In this document: positions 59,521 through 64,000 of the stretch, piece after piece
How positions within the stretch are numbered: position 1 is the stretch's first letter
Layout of the letters: each line of letters opens with the position of its first letter
Origin: Nemertoderma westbladi
Taxonomy: Eukaryota; Animalia; Xenacoelomorpha
DNA: 64,000 bases
NCBI GenBank assembly: GCA_032718475.1
Contig: JAUCBJ010006610.1
Span: 1-64,000, forward strand
Reading direction: 5' to 3'
The notes under the pieces: generated by a model
Databases searched by the model: none
What the model was told of the DNA's origin: nothing
Seen by the model: the letters and a program-made list of their open reading frames with translations, nothing else
Made by a program: the position numbers and the translations under genes

Positions 59521-62500
59521 TTTGTATGAGTTTAAGCTGTTTCATAGTCCCCAACGTATGTGAGTTAAATTCTCCTTATATGCGAGTAAAATTGGTGATA
59601 GTCAGCAAATTAGCGTGTTTCAGTACTATTGTCAGTTGTGTGAATGCGAGCGAATAATTATACAATCCTTAAGAATGTAAACATTGTGCAGTCTCATGTC
59701 CATCCGTTGTAATTAGTATAAGTCATATAATATTTAAAGCGCAGCACCTGAAAGGAACTGTTGGTATTTCACTGAAAATAAACATAGTTTTTGGAGATTA
59801 TGTATTTGAGATCAATTTAATAATATAAAGTAGCCTATGGTTCTCTCTGCCATTAAATCCAGTCTCCCACCTCCGGTAGGACATACACCGCGCTAAACTG
59901 GCTTCGTCTGGGGTCATATTTGTACAGGCTATCAGACATCATAAGACACATTAATTAACAGGTTAAACTGTTAAAGGTCTAAAAGCGTGGAACACAATAA
60001 GTAGCTTGAAATTTTCAAATAGCCAAAATTAGTAATTTGATGACCTTATAGTTTGGCTACTGAGGTTTTAGATTGTGCTGATTTCATTGGCAAGGTTTAT
60101 AAAATTGTGGTATTTCCAAAAATGGCCAATGTGTCAGTCGCAAAGTTTAAGTTCTAGCTAGTGCATTTCTATTTCAGTACTGCAGTACTCTGGTACTGGT
60201 CCGGTAATAATGTAGGGAATTATTCAGTATGTGGTATGTGCAGTAGAAGCCTCAGTAGTTGCTTGTTGGTATCATCATGCTCCTGATTAGTGATCATTTC
60301 AGCTAAATACTTAGTAGGTAGCCAATAAGTGGGAAGGTCTTTGATGGTATTGACCCTTTCAACCTTTTCGTGGATGGCGTCGTGGGTTTCTTTAGTCTTG
60401 GAATAGTGATGGTGGAAAAGCCATTTCAAATAAGTTATTGCTTTACAAAGTCTTTTCCAAGAACTGTAGTGGGCCATCGCTCTCTTCACTATAGGTGAGA
60501 GTCCTTTTGAGACATCGGGTATACCAGTCTTCCAATCTCAACTCTGAATATATGCTGATGTTCCGTTTGGGGTTGGCTGCGTAGTATCATTGTTGTCACC
60601 GACAGTGTGTAGAACCGATAGATCGAGCATTGGTTTAAACAGTTTGGATTTACTTGTCCGAATCTTTGGTTTAACAGTTTCCACTCCCTTGGCTTGTCTG
60701 ATCTCGGTGGTGGTAACATGGGGGGGGGGGGGGGGGCATTCCTCCTCTTCTTTACTCAGGAAGTCGGGGCCACCTAGCCAATTTGGCGTCTCAGTTAATT
60801 CCTTGGGTGTCGCTCCTCTGGAGGCGATATCGGTGGGATTAATAGTCCCAGGGCAATGTCTCCATTGGTCCACCTTTGTCTGGCTGAGTATAATATCCAC
60901 GCAGTTAGTTATAAAGATGCTGAACTGTCAGACTTCGTTAGTCAAATATTCTAGAACAAGTAATGCATCCGTCCAATAAACCGTTTTCCTCACCAGGTAT
61001 ACTATCTGTTCGGTGATATTCCTACCAACGGCGGTAGCATACAATGCTGCCTTTAATTCCGCTCTAAGGACACGCAGCTTGTTGTTTATTAGAGCATTCG
61101 AGGCGGCTAAGGAAACCTTAATTCCGTCCGGTGCATCGACTCTCAAATAAGCTACTATACCTATTCCAATATCACCAGCATCCGCAAAGATGTGGAGTTG
61201 ATAGGAGTAGGTGGGGAGGAGAACATGACCGAAGTATGAGCGAGAAATTTTGTATGAGTTTATGCTGTTTCATAGTCCCCAACTTATGTGAGTTAAATTC
61301 TCCTTATTTGCGAGTAAAATTGGTGATAGTCAGCAAATTAGCGTGTTTCAGTACTATTGTCAGTTGTGTGAATGCGAGCGAATAATTATACAATCCTTAA
61401 GAATGTAAACATTGTGCAGTCTCATGTCCATCCGTTGAAATTAGTATAAGTCATATAATATTTAAAGCGCAGCACCTGAAAGGAACTGTTGGTATTTCGC
61501 TGAAAATAAACATAGTTTTTGGAGATTATATAGTAGAGATCAATTTAATAATACAAAGTAGCCTATGGTTCTCTCTGCCATTGAATCCAGTCTCCCACCT
61601 CCGGTAGGTCATACACCACGCTAGACTGGCTTCGGCTGGGGTCATATTTGTACAGGCTATCAGACATCATAAGACACATTAATTAACAGGTTAAACTGTT
61701 AAAGGTCTAAAAGCGCGGAACACAATAAGTAGCTCGAAATTTTCAAATAGCCAAAATTAGTAATTTGATGACCTTATAGTTTGGCTACTGAGGTTTTAGA
61801 ATGTGCTGATTTCATTGGCAAGGTTTATAAAATTGTGGTACTTTCAAAAATGGCCAATGTGTCAGTTGAAAAGTTTAAGTTCTAGCCAGTGCACTTCTAT
61901 TTCAGTACTGCAGTACTCTGGTACTGGTCCGGTAATAATGTAGGGAATTATTCAGTATGTGGTATGTGCAGTAGAAGCCTCAGTAGTTGCTTGTTGGTAT
62001 CATCATGCTCCTGATGAGTGATCATGTCAGCTAAATACTTAGTAGGTAGCCGATAAGTGGGAAGGTCTTTGATGGTATTGACCCTTTCAACCTTTTCGTG
62101 GATGGCGTCGTGGGTTTCTTTAGTCTTGGAATAGTGATGGTGGAAAAGCTGTGTCAAATAAGTTATCGCTTTACAAAGTCTTTTCCAAGAACTGTAGTGG
62201 GCCATCGCTCTCTTCACTATACGTGAGAGTCCTTTTGAGACATCGGGTATACCAGTCTTCCAATCTCAACTCTGAATATATGCCGATGTTCCGTTTGGGG
62301 TTGGCTGCGTAGTATCATTGTTGTCACCGACAGTGTGTAGAACCGATAGATCGAGCATTGGTTTAAACAGTTTGGATTTACTTGTCTGAGTCTTTGGTTT
62401 AACAGTTTCCACTCCCTTGGCTTGTCTGATCTCGGCGGTGGTAAGATGGGGGAGGGGGGGGGGGGGGGCATTCCTCCCCTTCTTTACTCAGGAAGTCGGG

Positions 62501-62976
62501 GCCACCTAGCCAATTTGGCGTCTCAGTTAATTCCTTGGGTATCGCTCTTCTGGAGACGATATCGGTGGGATTAATAGTCCCAGGGCAATATCTCCATTGG
62601 TCCACCTTTGTCTGGCTGAGTATAATATCCACGCAGTTAGTTATAAAGACGCTGAACTGGCAGACTTCGTTAGTCAAATATTCTAGAACGAGTAATGCAT
62701 CTGTCCAATAAACCGTTTTCTCCAACAGGTATACTATCTGTTCGGTGATATTCCTACCAATGGCGGTAGCATACAATGCTGCCTTTAATTCCGCTCTAAG
62801 GACACGCAGCTTGTTGTTTATTAGAGCTTTCGAGGTGGCTAAGGAAACCTTAATTCTGTCCAGTGTATCGACTCTCAAATAAGCTACTATACCTATTCCA
62901 ATATCACTGGCATCCGCAAAGACGTGGAGTTGATAGGAGTAGGTGGGGAGAACAGGACCGAAGTATGAGTGAGAAA
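59521..62976. repeat. Tandem segmental duplication, unit about 1728 bp
   Basis: 59521-61248 is near-identical to 61249-62976 (both begin TTTGTATGAGTTTA.GCTGTTTCATAGTCCCC). Each unit holds non-coding DNA plus a BEL pol fragment. Confidence 0.92.
60220..61248 (-). pseudogene. Duplicated BEL/Pao RNase H-region fragment
   Basis: LHIFADA, RAELKAA, YWTDA, WRHCPGTINPTDIASRG, WLGGPDFL, YSSWKRL. Confidence 0.88.
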
Positions 62977-64000
62977 TCTTAAAGACTTCAATAAATGGTA
63001 AAGAGTTTTCCCACTTCATCCATTTCTTCAATAGTTTGCCCTTTAATTTGTCATCCCAAGAGTGGTTCTCGAGCCACATCTGCTGGACTAGACTCCGAGC
63101 AACCAGGATTACTGGGCTAATGAATCCAAATGGATAGAAACATGTACTCAGAATACTCAAGCAGTTGTTTTAATTGGAAGAACAAAATATCGCCCTCTGT
63201 ATCCCACTTTAGTCCGAGAGTTTTGGTTTCTGGGAGGTCGTCTTTAATGAGGTCGAGATCTTTACCACCTCATTCTTTCTCTGGGATCGCCTCCAGAAAC
63301 CCAAGAGAGTTGCTGGTGAATTTCGTTAACCGGAATCTACCGTGTTGAAGACACTCTACCTTTCCCTTGGCAACCTCTATAGCTTCTTTCACCGTAGGTA
63401 GTGACTTAAGGTTGTCGTTCATGTAGATGGCACATTTGATGTTATCGATGACTGCTTTGGGGAAGGCGTCTCGATTCTCATCTGTAGTAGTACGCACTAC
63501 TCAGCCGGCATTGGATGGACTAGAGATAATTCCGAAGGCCTGGATAGTCATCCAGTACTCTACTGGTTCTTCGTCGAAGTCACCATTAGGCCAACATAAG
63601 AAACGTAAGCTATCTCGGTCCCATTGCAGCGCTTTCACCTGAAGAAACATGCCTTCTATATCGGAGGCAAAGGCGATAGAATACTGCCGGAGTTGCAGTA
63701 GTATTCTCTACAATGATTGAAGTGGGTTGGGTCCTGGCAATAAATCAGAGTTGAGGGATTGTCCCTTATATAGCGCAGAGCCGTCGAACACCACCCGGAC
63801 TTCGTTGGGCTTTCCGGGTTTAGGAACGTAATGGTGTGTTAGATAATACATCCTCTCCATCATAGGTGTATCAGTTGGAACTCGCTCTGCGTATCCCTTG
63901 TCGATGAACTTTTTCAACTGGGTCTTTTACATCTCTTTGGCTTGGTCATTACTTGACAAACGTCGATGTAGTTGTTCGATTCTCTTGATGGCTAATGGTC
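61948..64000 (-). pseudogene. BEL/Pao pol (RT and RNase H region) relic, third family, continuing beyond the window
   Basis: YYLTHH.V.KPGKP..VRVVFDGSA..SLN..LLPGP, ASDIEGMFLQ, LRFLCW, FGIISSP, IYMND, FRLTKF, LGLKWD, FGFISP, LHVFADAS. Confidence 0.92.

Overview
Eukaryotic (animal, probably invertebrate) AT-rich genomic DNA, dominated by transposable elements. Host genes are an intronless USP31/USP43-like deubiquitinase (16311-18758) and the first two exons of a probable type II transmembrane collagen (MACIT-like; 40969-41202 and 43523-43652). The TE content includes a tRNA-derived SINE with a TSD, a CR1 LINE split by an antisense PHD-bearing CR1-group LINE, nested non-autonomous DNA transposons with identifiable TSDs, RTE relics, an apparently intact L2 LINE with repeat-expanded ORF2, and three BEL/Pao LTR retrotransposon loci. 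Most notable: two highly divergent BEL/Pao elements each carry, in the env position between integrase and the PPT/3' LTR, a homologous accessory gene encoding a DnaQ-like (WRN/EXD/Mut-7 type) 3'-5' exonuclease domain plus tandem CCHC zinc knuckles. It is intact (866 aa) at 31066-33666 and decayed at about 54147-58480. All calls come from reading the sequence by eye; no database searches were run.
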